Source: Candidatus Magnetomicrobium cryptolimnococcus (GTDB lineage Bacteria > Nitrospirota > Thermodesulfovibrionia > Thermodesulfovibrionales > Magnetobacteriaceae). From it: a DNA stretch of 43,289 nt. Every line of letters starts with the position of its first letter. The stretch's first letter is position 1. The stretch spans positions 1-43,289 of the forward strand of contig JAGYWI010000020.1 in NCBI GenBank assembly GCA_018606805.1. The letters are read 5' to 3'. Made by a program: the position numbers and the translations under genes. Positions 28,441-38,351 of the stretch are shown here, one piece after another. Below the pieces are notes generated by a model, which saw nothing but the letters and a program-made list of their open reading frames with translations, searched no databases and was not told the origin of the DNA.

Positions 28441-28638
28441 ATAAATTACCCCCCTTTCTTTCTATAGTTTATAACTTATAACCATAATCAGTACACTATT
28501 TTATAAAAAAATTTTAAAATAGTCAAAATATTTTTTATAGAAAACACCACTTTTATAGTTGAACTACTACTATTAATGCTCATAATAGCATATAATGTTA
28601 TATTTGATTGTACCAGATAAAAACAAGGATATAAACCA

Positions 28639-29682
28639 ATGAGCCTTTTAACCGAAGTACTTACAAAGATACAAGCAAGACATCCGAAACAAAAAGACGT
28701 GCACCCTGAACTAGTATCTATGCAAAAAGAGCGCAGAAAACGAAAGGCTCTTTATAAAAAAGCACTTATGCTTTCAGTCGGCTTGGTCATATTTGTGTTA
28801 TCAGGCCTCTTTGGGCTTTACTACTTAGGAAACTACAAACAAAAACTAATTGATAGCAACATAAAATTAAAACAGAACTTTGAACAGATACCAGTCCTCG
28901 ATAAAGCAACCACAGCTATACCAACCGTTGCTGCTGTTGCCCAGAACGAGCAACCACAATACATACAGGATTTTACACAATTTCAAAAAGAAACTATACA
29001 AGAAACTCCCATCTCACCAACCCCAACTTATAATAAAATAGAAACCAAACAGTTAGACCATCAAACAGCTGTGGCTGCAAAAAACAATACACAAGTAAAA
29101 ACAATCACAACAAATGAACCAAATAAACCACCTGCTAAAGATAAACAAACCTCAGACGATAAAAAAGCACCTGCCACCCAAAACACTATAGAACGAACAC
29201 CCGACAACACCGTCTTGACTCAGATTGAAATAGATAATCGAATTTACAGGGGGGAAGACTACGAAAAAAATAATCTGTTTAACGAAGCGGTTCATGAATA
29301 CGAGATAGCCTTTTCATTAGACACAAATAACTATAGGATTTTAAATAAACTTGTCTATTGTAATATGAAAGCAGGTAATTATAAAAAGGCCATTAATTAT
29401 GCCGAAACAGCCATTAAACTAAACAATGCCTACATACCACTACTTATAAACCTTGCTATTTCCTATGCGTCAGTGAAAAGATACGAGGAGGCAGAAAATA
29501 CATTTAAAATGGCCGTTGAAACCTCCCCCGGTAATTTAGATTTGCTTTATAATTTTGCCCTATTTTATGAAAAAATAAATAAGCCCAATAAAGCCCTTGA
29601 GATATACGAAACCCTATCAAAACAAGGCGATGCACGCGGACAACAAGGAATATTAAGAATTACATATACCCAAACAAATTAG
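28639..29682 (+). CDS. TPR-repeat protein with N-terminal membrane anchor and Pro/Thr/Gln-rich linker; divergent from the pilin gene
   Basis: It has a TM segment (ALMLSVGLVIFVLSGLFGLYYLG), a low-complexity linker, and C-terminal TPR-like helices (YEKNNLFNEAVHEYEIAFSLD...AINYAETAIKLN...). Confidence 0.55.
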   Translation: MSLLTEVLTKIQARHPKQKDVHPELVSMQKERRKRKALYKKALMLSVGLVIFVLSGLFGLYYLGNYKQKLIDSNIKLKQNFEQIPVLDKATTAIPTVAAVAQNEQPQYIQDFTQFQKETIQETPISPTPTYNKIETKQLDHQTAVAAKNNTQVKTITTNEPNKPPAKDKQTSDDKKAPATQNTIERTPDNTVLTQIEIDNRIYRGEDYEKNNLFNEAVHEYEIAFSLDTNNYRILNKLVYCNMKAGNYKKAINYAETAIKLNNAYIPLLINLAISYASVKRYEEAENTFKMAVETSPGNLDLLYNFALFYEKINKPNKALEIYETLSKQGDARGQQGILRITYTQTN

Positions 29683-29775
29683 GTTTGCAAAACTTTATAT
29701 CAAAGAAAAGGATTAAAGAATGAGGGCGCTGCCCTCACACTCCCGCCAAAGGGACTTGTCCCTTTGGAATCCCCT
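29668..29775. repeat. Dispersed ~90-bp element, copy 2 (with the triple-hairpin module in inverted orientation)
   Basis: tacccaaacaaattaggtttgcaa ... gaatgagggcgctgccctcacactcccgccaaagggacttgtccctttgg, compare 19149-19235 and 5985-6068. Confidence 0.6.
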
Positions 29776-30212
29776 ATCTGACAATCCATACTATATTTGT
29801 TATTTCTTTGCAAACCTAATTTATTTGAGTATAATAATTTTCTTTCTGAATTGTTATAATCCAACAAAAATAATTGCATGAGTAACATTTTAGGTGGTAT
29901 GATATAGATTAATTTATTAAGTAGATGCACGCACTTAAAACGACGTCGCTGTCTGTGTATAGGCAGGTTAAAGGGGCAATGCCATTAAGTTAAGGAAAAT
30001 TGTATTAAAAATGTAGCAAAAGATAAGAGGAATAACCAAAAGATTGCAAGCCAAAAGTTTTAGGAAAGGGGGTGCGGGGGAAGAACCCTTTTATCTAAAA
30101 GGGTTTTCCCCCACTCTTCTTTTTCCTTAACTTAATGCCATTGGGTTAAAGGGGAGCAGGGTAAAACTTGCCCCCTTAGATTTTTTTACTAAATTATAAG
30201 GAAGGAAAGAAA

Positions 30213-31403
30213 ATGATCTCACAAAGGGCACAGAAGATTAAACCGTCGCCAACGCTCATGATAAATGACAAGGCTAAGGAAATGACTGCTAAGGGCTTTG
30301 ATGTTATCAGTTTTGCCGTAGGAGAGCCGGATTTTGATACACCGGACAATATTAAAAATGCTGCCAAAAAGGCTATAGATGCAGGGTTTACTAAGTATAC
30401 AGCTGTTGCCGGTATTGTTGAGCTTAAGGATGCCGTGCGGGATAAATTTAAAAAAGACAATAACATTGACTATAAAAGGTCTGAGGTGGTTATCTCCTGC
30501 GGGGCTAAGCATTCTTTATATAATGCCGCACAGGCGCTTTTAAGTCCAGGTGATGAGGTACTTATTCCTACTCCATATTGGGTTTCATACCCTGATCAAA
30601 CACTGCTAAACGATGCCGTACCCGTTTTGGTTGACACTTTGGAGGAAGACAGATTTCTGTTAAAGCCGGAGGCTATCGAGGAAAAGTTAACCAACAAAAC
30701 AAAGGTCTTGATTTTAAACTATCCATCTAATCCCACTGGCTCAACATATGATAAAAAATCCCTTGAGCGTCTTGCTGAGGTTGCTCTAAAAGGGGGATTT
30801 TATATTGTTTCCGATGAAGTATACGAAAAGCTCACCTACGACGGCCTTACGCATATTAGTATTGCCTCAATAGATGAAGAGATAAAGAAAAAAACTGTCG
30901 TTGTAAATGGGCCATCGAAAACCTATGCAATGACCGGCTGGAGGATTGGTTATGCTGCCGGGGATGCTAAGATTATAGACGCTATTACTAATATTCAAAG
31001 CCAATCTACCTCAAACCCCACGTCAATATCGCAAAAGGCATGCCTTGAGGCCTTAACCGGTCCTCAGGATTTTTTAAGCCAAATGCTTGTTGAGTTTGAT
31101 AAGCGCAGAAACTACATTGTAAGTGCCCTTAACACTATAGACGGCATTAAGTGTCTGCTGCCAGAGGGGGCTTTCTATGCCTTTCCTAAAATAAGCTCGT
31201 ACTTTGGCAAAAAATGGGACCACTGGACCATAAATAACTCCTTTGACCTTGCCATGTATCTTTTAGAAGACGCTCATATTGCACTGGTGCCTGGCAGCGA
31301 TTTTGGCAAAGAAGGCTTTATTAGAATATCCTATGCAACATCATTAGAAAAACTTAAAGAAGGATTTAGCAGATTAAAGGCATCTCTTGCTAAACTTGTA
31401 TAA
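30213..31403 (+). CDS. Class I PLP-dependent aminotransferase (aspartate aminotransferase-like)
   Basis: ISFAVGEPDFDTP and NYPSNPTG motifs. The PLP-lysine region is SKTYAMTGWRIGY. Length is ~396 aa. Confidence 0.85.
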   Translation: MISQRAQKIKPSPTLMINDKAKEMTAKGFDVISFAVGEPDFDTPDNIKNAAKKAIDAGFTKYTAVAGIVELKDAVRDKFKKDNNIDYKRSEVVISCGAKHSLYNAAQALLSPGDEVLIPTPYWVSYPDQTLLNDAVPVLVDTLEEDRFLLKPEAIEEKLTNKTKVLILNYPSNPTGSTYDKKSLERLAEVALKGGFYIVSDEVYEKLTYDGLTHISIASIDEEIKKKTVVVNGPSKTYAMTGWRIGYAAGDAKIIDAITNIQSQSTSNPTSISQKACLEALTGPQDFLSQMLVEFDKRRNYIVSALNTIDGIKCLLPEGAFYAFPKISSYFGKKWDHWTINNSFDLAMYLLEDAHIALVPGSDFGKEGFIRISYATSLEKLKEGFSRLKASLAKLV

Positions 31404-31407
31404 AAAA

Positions 31408-32316
31408 ATGTCTGACTATTCCAAAAATAAAGAAAAGGTATATCATTCAGGGTATGTATCTATTATCGGTAAACCAAACGTCGGTAAGTCTACACTACTT
31501 AATCGTTTGATAGGTCAAACATTATCCATCGTTACTGATAAGCCCCAAACCACAAGAAACACCATCATGGGTGTGCAAAGCTCAGATACTGGGCAGATAA
31601 TCTTCATGGATACACCGGGCATTTACTCACCCAAAGATGCCCTTGGCGATATTATCGTAAAAGCTGCCGTTAATTCCCTCGGTAATGTGGATATTGTTTA
31701 TTTTATGGTAAACCCCGTTAAGCCTGATAAACATGATTTATCCATTATAGATATTTTAAGAAATGCTGGCAAACACATCTTTCTTGTCATTAACAAAATA
31801 GATAGAGTTAAGCACGAAACCTTGTTGAGCGTTATAGCTACTTATAGTCAAATATATGATTTTCAAAGTGTGCTATTGATTTCCGCTAAAAACGGAGACG
31901 GCGTTTATGATTTAATTAATAAGACAATGGAGCTGCTGCCTGTAGGACCTAAGTATTATCCGGAGGATTTTTTAACCGATAGACTTGAAAGACTTTTAGT
32001 TGAGGATATTATAAGGGGAAAAATCATGGAACTCACCTCCGCAGAATTGCCACATGCCGTTTCCGTGGAAATTACACGGTGGATTGAAAAACGCAATGGG
32101 TTGATTTTTATAAGTGCAAATATATATATTGAAAAAGAAAGTCAAAAGGGTATAATAATAGGTAAAAAGGGCCAACTAATAAAGGCTGTTGGTATAAGGG
32201 CTAGACAGGAGTGTGAGCATATATTGAATACCCGTGTGTATGTGGAGTTATTTGTTAAAGTAAAGAAAAATTGGCGTAAGGATATAAACGCATTAAGGGA
32301 GTTGGGGTTTGCATAA
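31408..32316 (+). CDS. era: GTPase Era
   Basis: GYVSIIGKPNVGKSTLLN is the G1 motif. DTPG is the G3 motif, NKID is the G4 motif, and a C-terminal KH domain is present. The start was chosen at the ATG just after the aminotransferase stop. The track ORF starts 21 nt earlier. Confidence 0.85.
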   Translation: MSDYSKNKEKVYHSGYVSIIGKPNVGKSTLLNRLIGQTLSIVTDKPQTTRNTIMGVQSSDTGQIIFMDTPGIYSPKDALGDIIVKAAVNSLGNVDIVYFMVNPVKPDKHDLSIIDILRNAGKHIFLVINKIDRVKHETLLSVIATYSQIYDFQSVLLISAKNGDGVYDLINKTMELLPVGPKYYPEDFLTDRLERLLVEDIIRGKIMELTSAELPHAVSVEITRWIEKRNGLIFISANIYIEKESQKGIIIGKKGQLIKAVGIRARQECEHILNTRVYVELFVKVKKNWRKDINALRELGFA

Positions 32317-32770
32317 TATGGATATCAGAATGAAGGTAGATGGTCTGTTGTTTGATCCAAGAAGCGGAATGTACATCCTATTATTAAAGGCATTGGAAGG
32401 AGAAGAGACGCTGCCCATATGGATAGGAAAACCGGAGGCAGATTCTATAGCCTTGGCGCTTGGTAAGGTTGTAACGCCAAGGCCGCTAACCCACGATCTT
32501 ATTAAAAAGATACTTGAAGATATGAGTTTGTCTATTACAAGGGTGGTTGTCAGAGAAATCGTTGATAACACTTACTATGCCTCATTGTACGTTAGTGATG
32601 GGAATATGGAAAAACCGGTAGATTCCAGACCAAGCGATGCTGTTGCTGTGGCGCTTAGAACTAATTCGCCTATTTATGTTAATGAAGATGTTATTGAAAA
32701 AAAGAATACGGATGAGCTTGAAGAATGGTTAAAAAACCTTAAACCTGAAGATTTTGGTAATATTATGTAA
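32309..32770 (+). CDS. Bifunctional nuclease-family (BFN/DUF151) protein
   Basis: LPIWIGKPEADSIALAL...PRPLTHDLI is the conserved BFN core. Confidence 0.6.
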   Translation: MHNMDIRMKVDGLLFDPRSGMYILLLKALEGEETLPIWIGKPEADSIALALGKVVTPRPLTHDLIKKILEDMSLSITRVVVREIVDNTYYASLYVSDGNMEKPVDSRPSDAVAVALRTNSPIYVNEDVIEKKNTDELEEWLKNLKPEDFGNIM

Positions 32771-33543
32771 TGATTTCTAAGGCGGAGGGGATTGTCTTTA
32801 GGTCTATTAAATACGGGGAAGCTGACCTGATTGTCTCTTTCTTTACATTTGAAGATGGGATTATTGATTTCTTTGTTAAAAGCCCTAGAAAAATCAAAAG
32901 TAGATACGGTAGCGCCTTTGAGCCTTGTACATATAGTAAGATTGAGTACTGGAAAAAAGAAGGACGCCAGCTGCCACGCTTAATTCGCTCCGATATTGTA
33001 TACCCATTCCAGAAACTACGGGAAAACTTTGACCATTTTTTAAAATCCTCCGAGCTCTTTGAAATGACATTAAACCTTGTGCCACCAAGACTGCCACAAA
33101 AGGAACTCTTCTATATGCTGATTGATACGATGAAAAGCCTTGAAAATAGCTCCATTATGCTAAAGAAGGCTTTGTTTTATAAAGCTAAACTGCTAACGGC
33201 TTCAGGTTACGTGCCAAGACTTAGCGGGTGCGCCATCTGTGGCAAAGAGGGAAGGGCATTTTTTTTTCACGAAGGAGCCGTTGTTTGCCCTATCTGTAAA
33301 GAAAAAATAGCCAAAGAGGCTTTAACCCCCAAACTATATCTTTCTTACGGCGCTATTAAACTTTTTGAAAAGGCAAGGGTGTGGGATTGGAAAAAACTCG
33401 ATAGACTCGTACCATCCATGGGGCTTTTAAATGAGATAGATAATATGATAGATTTACATATTAAATTTCAAACAGAAAAAAATAATAAAACCAAGGCTTT
33501 TATTAAAAGAATGGGATATTTAATACATGAAACTACTGGTTAA
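32770..33543 (+). CDS. recO: DNA repair protein RecO
   Basis: N-terminal OB-fold (EGIVFRSIKYGEADLIVSFFT) and a C4 zinc finger (CAICGKEGRAFFFHEGAVVCPIC). ~257 aa. Confidence 0.8.
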   Translation: MISKAEGIVFRSIKYGEADLIVSFFTFEDGIIDFFVKSPRKIKSRYGSAFEPCTYSKIEYWKKEGRQLPRLIRSDIVYPFQKLRENFDHFLKSSELFEMTLNLVPPRLPQKELFYMLIDTMKSLENSSIMLKKALFYKAKLLTASGYVPRLSGCAICGKEGRAFFFHEGAVVCPICKEKIAKEALTPKLYLSYGAIKLFEKARVWDWKKLDRLVPSMGLLNEIDNMIDLHIKFQTEKNNKTKAFIKRMGYLIHETTG

Positions 33544-33621
33544 ATAAAACACCGTAAGTAATTGTACATCTAATCGAAGGTGAGGCTATACCGTAATACA
33601 AAGTCACACCTCGGAGGTATT

Positions 33622-34317
33622 ATGAAAAAGAAGATAATCGTGGTTGATGACGAAAAGGATATAGCAGAGCTGGTTAGTTACAATTTAACTAAAGAGGGCT
33701 TTAGTGTAGTTACGGTGTTTGATGGCGAAGAGGCTCTCAGTAAGATTAGAACAAGCTCTTTTGATTTGATAGTATTAGATTTAATGCTGCCCGGCATCCA
33801 AGGGATAGAGCTATGTAAGGTACTTAAGTCCTCGCCAGAGACCTTGTCCATCCCAATAATTATGCTAACTGCCAAGACCGATGAATTTGATAAGGTGCTC
33901 GGCCTTGAAATTGGCGCAGATGATTACATGACGAAACCCTTCAGCCCTAGGGAACTCGTTGCACGCGTTAAGGCAGTGCTGCGACGCTCAATGGAGCCTG
34001 CTAAGCCTGATAGTAGCATGAGGGTTGGCGAACTTGAAATAGATACAGAAATGTACAGGGTAAGCAAAAAGGGCAAAACTATAAAACTAAGCGCTACAGA
34101 ATTTAAACTCCTTATGTATTTAATACAAAAAAAAGGTAAAGTGCTCACAAGGGATATGCTGCTTGATGCCGTCTGGAAGGACGAGGCATTCGTTGAACCA
34201 CGCACCGTTGATGTCCATATAAGGAGACTGCGCGCACAAATAGAAGATGACTCGGCTAACCCGGTTTATATAAAAACACGTCGTGGTATTGGCTACTACT
34301 TTGAGGACGGATTGTGA
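33622..34317 (+). CDS. OmpR/PhoB-family response regulator
   Basis: MKKKIIVVDDE...DLIVLDLMLPG receiver with a conserved Asp. The C-terminal winged helix has a YIKTRRGIGY motif. The start was chosen at the ATG 6 nt after a ggaggt RBS rather than the track start at 33580. Confidence 0.85.
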   Translation: MKKKIIVVDDEKDIAELVSYNLTKEGFSVVTVFDGEEALSKIRTSSFDLIVLDLMLPGIQGIELCKVLKSSPETLSIPIIMLTAKTDEFDKVLGLEIGADDYMTKPFSPRELVARVKAVLRRSMEPAKPDSSMRVGELEIDTEMYRVSKKGKTIKLSATEFKLLMYLIQKKGKVLTRDMLLDAVWKDEAFVEPRTVDVHIRRLRAQIEDDSANPVYIKTRRGIGYYFEDGL

Positions 34318-35723
34318 AATTCAGACGCCTTCTTAGTAGAATAATAGTAGTTTCTTTCTTAGTCATTTTTTTTGCGGTTTATTTTTATTTCTCTGTTAAA
34401 AAAACACTGCACACTCATCTTTTTAACACCGAACAAATCTCTCTTATTACTAAAGAGCTTATCTATTTTTTTACTTTATTTCCACTTTCTATACTATTAG
34501 CATCCCTATTTTTTGTTATACGTGATTATAGAAAAAATACCCTTTTCCTTAATGATTTAAAACGCTTCTTAAAGACAGTTCATGAGGGTAACCTTAGAAA
34601 AAAAATGTTCTATTACTACCCAGACCTGGAAGAAGTCTATGAATACTTAAATATGCTATACGATGACTTAAAATGTAAATTTGCACTAATGGAAAAGGAA
34701 ACAGCTCAACTAAACGCTACTTTGGAAAACATTCCAGATTCGCTTATCATCATTGATAACAAAAACACCATCGTATACTCTAATGAAAAGGCTAATGAGC
34801 TCTTTAAAGAAACTCGAGGTAAACTTGTAGGCAAACCAATCATCGAAGTCCTCCGAAACGCTGAACTAAATACCGCCCTCGATGACGTTAAACTATACGA
34901 TAAAAGTGAAATTATAGAGATAATATTTGACCGCTTTAACGAAGAAAGATACCTACAAGTGAGAATTTCACCGTTTTATAGAAAAAATGACCTGACAGGC
35001 CTTGTTATACTCTTTCACGATATGACCGGCCTTAAAAAACTCGAATCCATGAGACGCGACTTCGTTGCCAACGTTACCCATGAAATAAAAACACCTATAA
35101 CAGCCATCCGCGGCTTTGCAGAAACCCTACTCGATGGCGCTATTAATGACAAAGAAAATGCCGTTAAATTCTTGACAACTATCAAAGCCCACGCCGAACG
35201 CCTCGATAGACTAGTTGACGATTTGATGGTTATATCAAAACTCGAACTCGGCGTTATAAAACTTAAAAAAAATATTATTGACCTATCCATAATCGTTGAC
35301 ACCGTAATAGATACCCTAAATAATAAAGCTAAACAAAAAGGACTATATATTGAATCAGTTATTGACGTTGAACCCCCTACCATCTACGCAGATAAAGATA
35401 GACTAACCCAAGTACTTTTAAACCTAGCCGATAATGCCTTGAAATTTACACAAAAAGGCGGGGTCGAAATTGGCTATAAAAAGGACGACAGAGGAATCCA
35501 TTATATTTACGTCTGCGATACAGGTATCGGAGTACCAAAGAGATACATCTCACGCCTTGGCGAACGCTTTTTTAGGGTAGATGCCTCTAGGTCCAGAGAA
35601 CTCGGCGGTACCGGACTTGGACTTGCTATTGTTAAACATATAGTGAAAGCACACGATTGGGAATTAAAAACCGATAGCCACGAAGGTATCGGTACTACTT
35701 TTAAAATACTCATACACGAATAA
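34314..35723 (+). CDS. PhoR-type sensor histidine kinase (TM-PAS-HisKA-HATPase)
   Basis: Two TM segments and a PAS domain. The H-box is FVANVTHEIKTPITAIRGFAETL. N, G1 and G2 boxes are present (DNALKFT, DTGIGVP, GGTGLGLAIVK). It overlaps the regulator gene. Confidence 0.85.
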   Translation: MKFRRLLSRIIVVSFLVIFFAVYFYFSVKKTLHTHLFNTEQISLITKELIYFFTLFPLSILLASLFFVIRDYRKNTLFLNDLKRFLKTVHEGNLRKKMFYYYPDLEEVYEYLNMLYDDLKCKFALMEKETAQLNATLENIPDSLIIIDNKNTIVYSNEKANELFKETRGKLVGKPIIEVLRNAELNTALDDVKLYDKSEIIEIIFDRFNEERYLQVRISPFYRKNDLTGLVILFHDMTGLKKLESMRRDFVANVTHEIKTPITAIRGFAETLLDGAINDKENAVKFLTTIKAHAERLDRLVDDLMVISKLELGVIKLKKNIIDLSIIVDTVIDTLNNKAKQKGLYIESVIDVEPPTIYADKDRLTQVLLNLADNALKFTQKGGVEIGYKKDDRGIHYIYVCDTGIGVPKRYISRLGERFFRVDASRSRELGGTGLGLAIVKHIVKAHDWELKTDSHEGIGTTFKILIHE

Positions 35724-35888
35724 AAAAGAAAAAAAAGAAAAAAAAGATAGAGGCGTGGGGGAAAACCTTTTTAGGCAAAAAGGTGCGTAGGCGCACTCCC
35801 AAACCCCCACACACCTTTTCCAAAAACTTTTGTTCTGCAAATACAGTGGATTACTATTTGGATGGAGTCATTGGCGACAAAGATGAGT

Positions 35889-35979
35889 GGATATTCCTAT
35901 TTTGTAGGGGCAGACCTTTAAAATACTTTTCTAATACTGACCATGTGCAGGATATTCCTATTTTGTAGGGGCAGACCTA
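35889..35979. repeat. Two 29-bp direct repeats (GGATATTCCTATTTTGTAGGGGCAGACCT) separated by a 32-bp unique spacer
   Basis: The spacing is CRISPR-like but there are only two copies. Copy 2 runs into a GGGCAGACC-tatgt-GGTCTGCCC hairpin of the local REP family. Confidence 0.6.
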
Positions 35980-36258
35980 TGTGTCTGCCCTTGTTTTGTT
36001 TGCAATTACAACAGATGATTATTTGTCAACTAAAAAAACTTGATCATCGAGTATAATAGATAACAAAAATTAAGGGCGAACACACAGGTTCGCCCCTACA
36101 CATTCATTAGCACTTAACTGTATGGACAGCCTGCTATACAAAAGTTTTAGGAAAAAGGGGGGAAGAACAGGGAGGTGCGCCTCCGCACCCCTTTTTATCT
36201 AAAAGGGTTTTCCCCCACTCTTCTAATCTTTTTTTTTCTTTCTTTTTTTTCTTTTTCT

Positions 36259-37254
36259 TTATTCAACAGTTAAACACCCTTTGTTAAATTCATCAAGGGC
36301 CTCTTTTACAACGTTTTCAGAATTAAAAAAATATTTAGGGGATATATGGATAAAATATATATTTTGCACATTGGCTAATCTGCCGATCATACCGGCTATT
36401 TTAGCAGTAAGGTGATTTCTTTCTATGGCTCTTTGTAGTTCTTCATGAAGAAAATATGCCTCAATATATAAAATATCGGAATTAGCGGCAAGTTTTATAG
36501 CGTTTTGGATATTTTCCTTTGAAGGGGAAATATCCGTTATATAAGATATTTTTTGTCCTTTAGCTATGATAGCTATTTTCGAAAGTTCTTCATAGGAAAA
36601 AGTTTTACCATCAACTTGAAAAGGTTTATTAGTTTGTTTGTATCTGACAGATTTTTTCAGCTCATTTAGCCATGGGCCTGGGGTAAGTCCCATACTATTC
36701 AGTAAATCTTTATTTATATTTATGTGAAAATCCTCCTCAAGAGAAAAGCCGAGGACGGGTATGTCGTGGTCAAATATACAGGTATTGACGTAGAGTCCAT
36801 CGTTATTATAAAGGGAGAAGTTATAGAGTATTGATGGCCTTCTTATAATATTAAACCCTTCACTGGCGTAGAAGCTGGCGTGTTCAAGGCGTTCTTTTTT
36901 AGCTTCAAAGACCTCTATCTTTAAGGGGTAGCCTTTTACGACGTTCCATGTAAAGCCGCGTAGTTTGGCATCAATAGCATTAATTATACCGTCTGGACCG
37001 TAGAAGCAGACGGGTTCTTCTTTCAACAGGATATGGCGTAGTAAGCGGTCAAAGCCGATAAAATGGTCTATGTGCATGTGTGAGATGAACACATTACTTA
37101 TGCTTAAGAGTTCCTTGGGGCTTAGGTAGGAAAACTCGCCTAGATCAAAAATAAAGGCATTTTTTTGTCTAGTAAACCGGACGTATACGATAGGGTCGTG
37201 TAGTGGTCCGTTTATAATTTTAGAAAAAAAAGTGGTTTTCATATTCAAAAGCAA
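36259..37254 (-). CDS. MBL-fold metallo-hydrolase (RNase Z / beta-lactamase superfamily)
   Basis: HMHIDHFIGFDRLL is the HxHxDH motif. Downstream His/Asp ligands are present. Confidence 0.65.
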   Translation of the reverse strand: MLLNMKTTFFSKIINGPLHDPIVYVRFTRQKNAFIFDLGEFSYLSPKELLSISNVFISHMHIDHFIGFDRLLRHILLKEEPVCFYGPDGIINAIDAKLRGFTWNVVKGYPLKIEVFEAKKERLEHASFYASEGFNIIRRPSILYNFSLYNNDGLYVNTCIFDHDIPVLGFSLEEDFHININKDLLNSMGLTPGPWLNELKKSVRYKQTNKPFQVDGKTFSYEELSKIAIIAKGQKISYITDISPSKENIQNAIKLAANSDILYIEAYFLHEELQRAIERNHLTAKIAGMIGRLANVQNIYFIHISPKYFFNSENVVKEALDEFNKGCLTVE

Positions 37255-37320
37255 TCAGCATATATGATACAATAACAAAATATAATTTCGCTTTAATATT
37301 TTTTCATTTTAGGAGGAAGG

Positions 37321-38310
37321 ATGTCAGAATTAAGAAAGGACCCTATAATAGGCCGTTGGGTGATTATATCCAGCGAAAGAGGGAAGAGGCCGACGGATTT
37401 TGTCTCACCTACAATAAAAAGAAGGAAAAAGGCAGGGTTTTGTCCGTTTTGTCATGGCAATGAGCATTCAACGCCACCAGAGATAATGGCTTTTCATTCA
37501 AGCAGCCGCGAGGGGCGGACTGATTGGACATTGCGTGTAGTACCAAACAAGTTTCCAGCCCTTCACATAGAAGGGGAGTTGCAGCGTTCTGGGGAGGGCA
37601 ATCTTGGACGGATGAATGGTGTAGGCGCCCACGAGGTTATAGTAGAAACACCTAATCATGCCTTATCCCTTGCTACTATGGATAGTAAGTCGGCTGCTGA
37701 TGTTTTTTGGGCATATTATTCGAGATTGTCGGATTTAAAAAAAGACCCACGGTTTAAGTATGTACTGATTTTTAAAAACGAAGGGGAGGAGGCCGGAGCC
37801 ACTCTTGAGCACACGCACAGTCAATTGATAGCCTTACCGGTTGTACCCAAAAGTGTAGAAGAGGAAATAGATGCAGCCAAGAAATATTATGATTTCATGG
37901 AAAGCTGTATATTTTGCGACCTTGTAAAAAATGAAATAGCCTTAAATAAACGGATTATTTTAAATTATGACAATTATGTCGCTCTAACTCCTTATGCCCC
38001 GCGGGTGCCTTTTGAGACATGGATATTACCCAAACACCATGAGTCATCGTTTAGACCGAAAAACAACGATTTTAACGAGCTGGCGCATATTGTGCAAACT
38101 ATCTTAGCTAAGCTTGATAAGATACTCGACACCTCTCCGTACAATTATATAATACATACTTCTCCATTTAAAGAAGAAGAAAACATATATTACCACTGGC
38201 ATATAGAAATCTTGCCTAAGCTAACAAGAACAGCAGGCTTTGAGTGGGGGTCAGGGTTTTTTATAAACCCAACCAACCCAGAGGATTCTGCTCGGTTTTT
38301 GAGGGAATAA
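37321..38310 (+). CDS. galT: Galactose-1-phosphate uridylyltransferase family (HIT superfamily, GalT-like)
   Basis: CPFCHGNEHSTP is the zinc/CxxC region. The active-site H-x-H-x-Q is EHTHSQL, compared with HPHGQ in characterised GalT enzymes. A second half-domain follows (ESCIFCDL). Confidence 0.75.
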   Translation: MSELRKDPIIGRWVIISSERGKRPTDFVSPTIKRRKKAGFCPFCHGNEHSTPPEIMAFHSSSREGRTDWTLRVVPNKFPALHIEGELQRSGEGNLGRMNGVGAHEVIVETPNHALSLATMDSKSAADVFWAYYSRLSDLKKDPRFKYVLIFKNEGEEAGATLEHTHSQLIALPVVPKSVEEEIDAAKKYYDFMESCIFCDLVKNEIALNKRIILNYDNYVALTPYAPRVPFETWILPKHHESSFRPKNNDFNELAHIVQTILAKLDKILDTSPYNYIIHTSPFKEEENIYYHWHIEILPKLTRTAGFEWGSGFFINPTNPEDSARFLRE

Positions 38311-38351
38311 GATAAATTGCTAAAAAAAGAGAATTTGAAGATGGCACTTTA

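Noticed and set aside
33580-33621. Longer N-terminus for the response regulator (MRLYRNTKSHLGGI...)
   Set aside because: A ggaggt RBS is correctly spaced for the ATG at 33622 (MKKKIIVVDDE), which is the canonical receiver start. The extension has no support.
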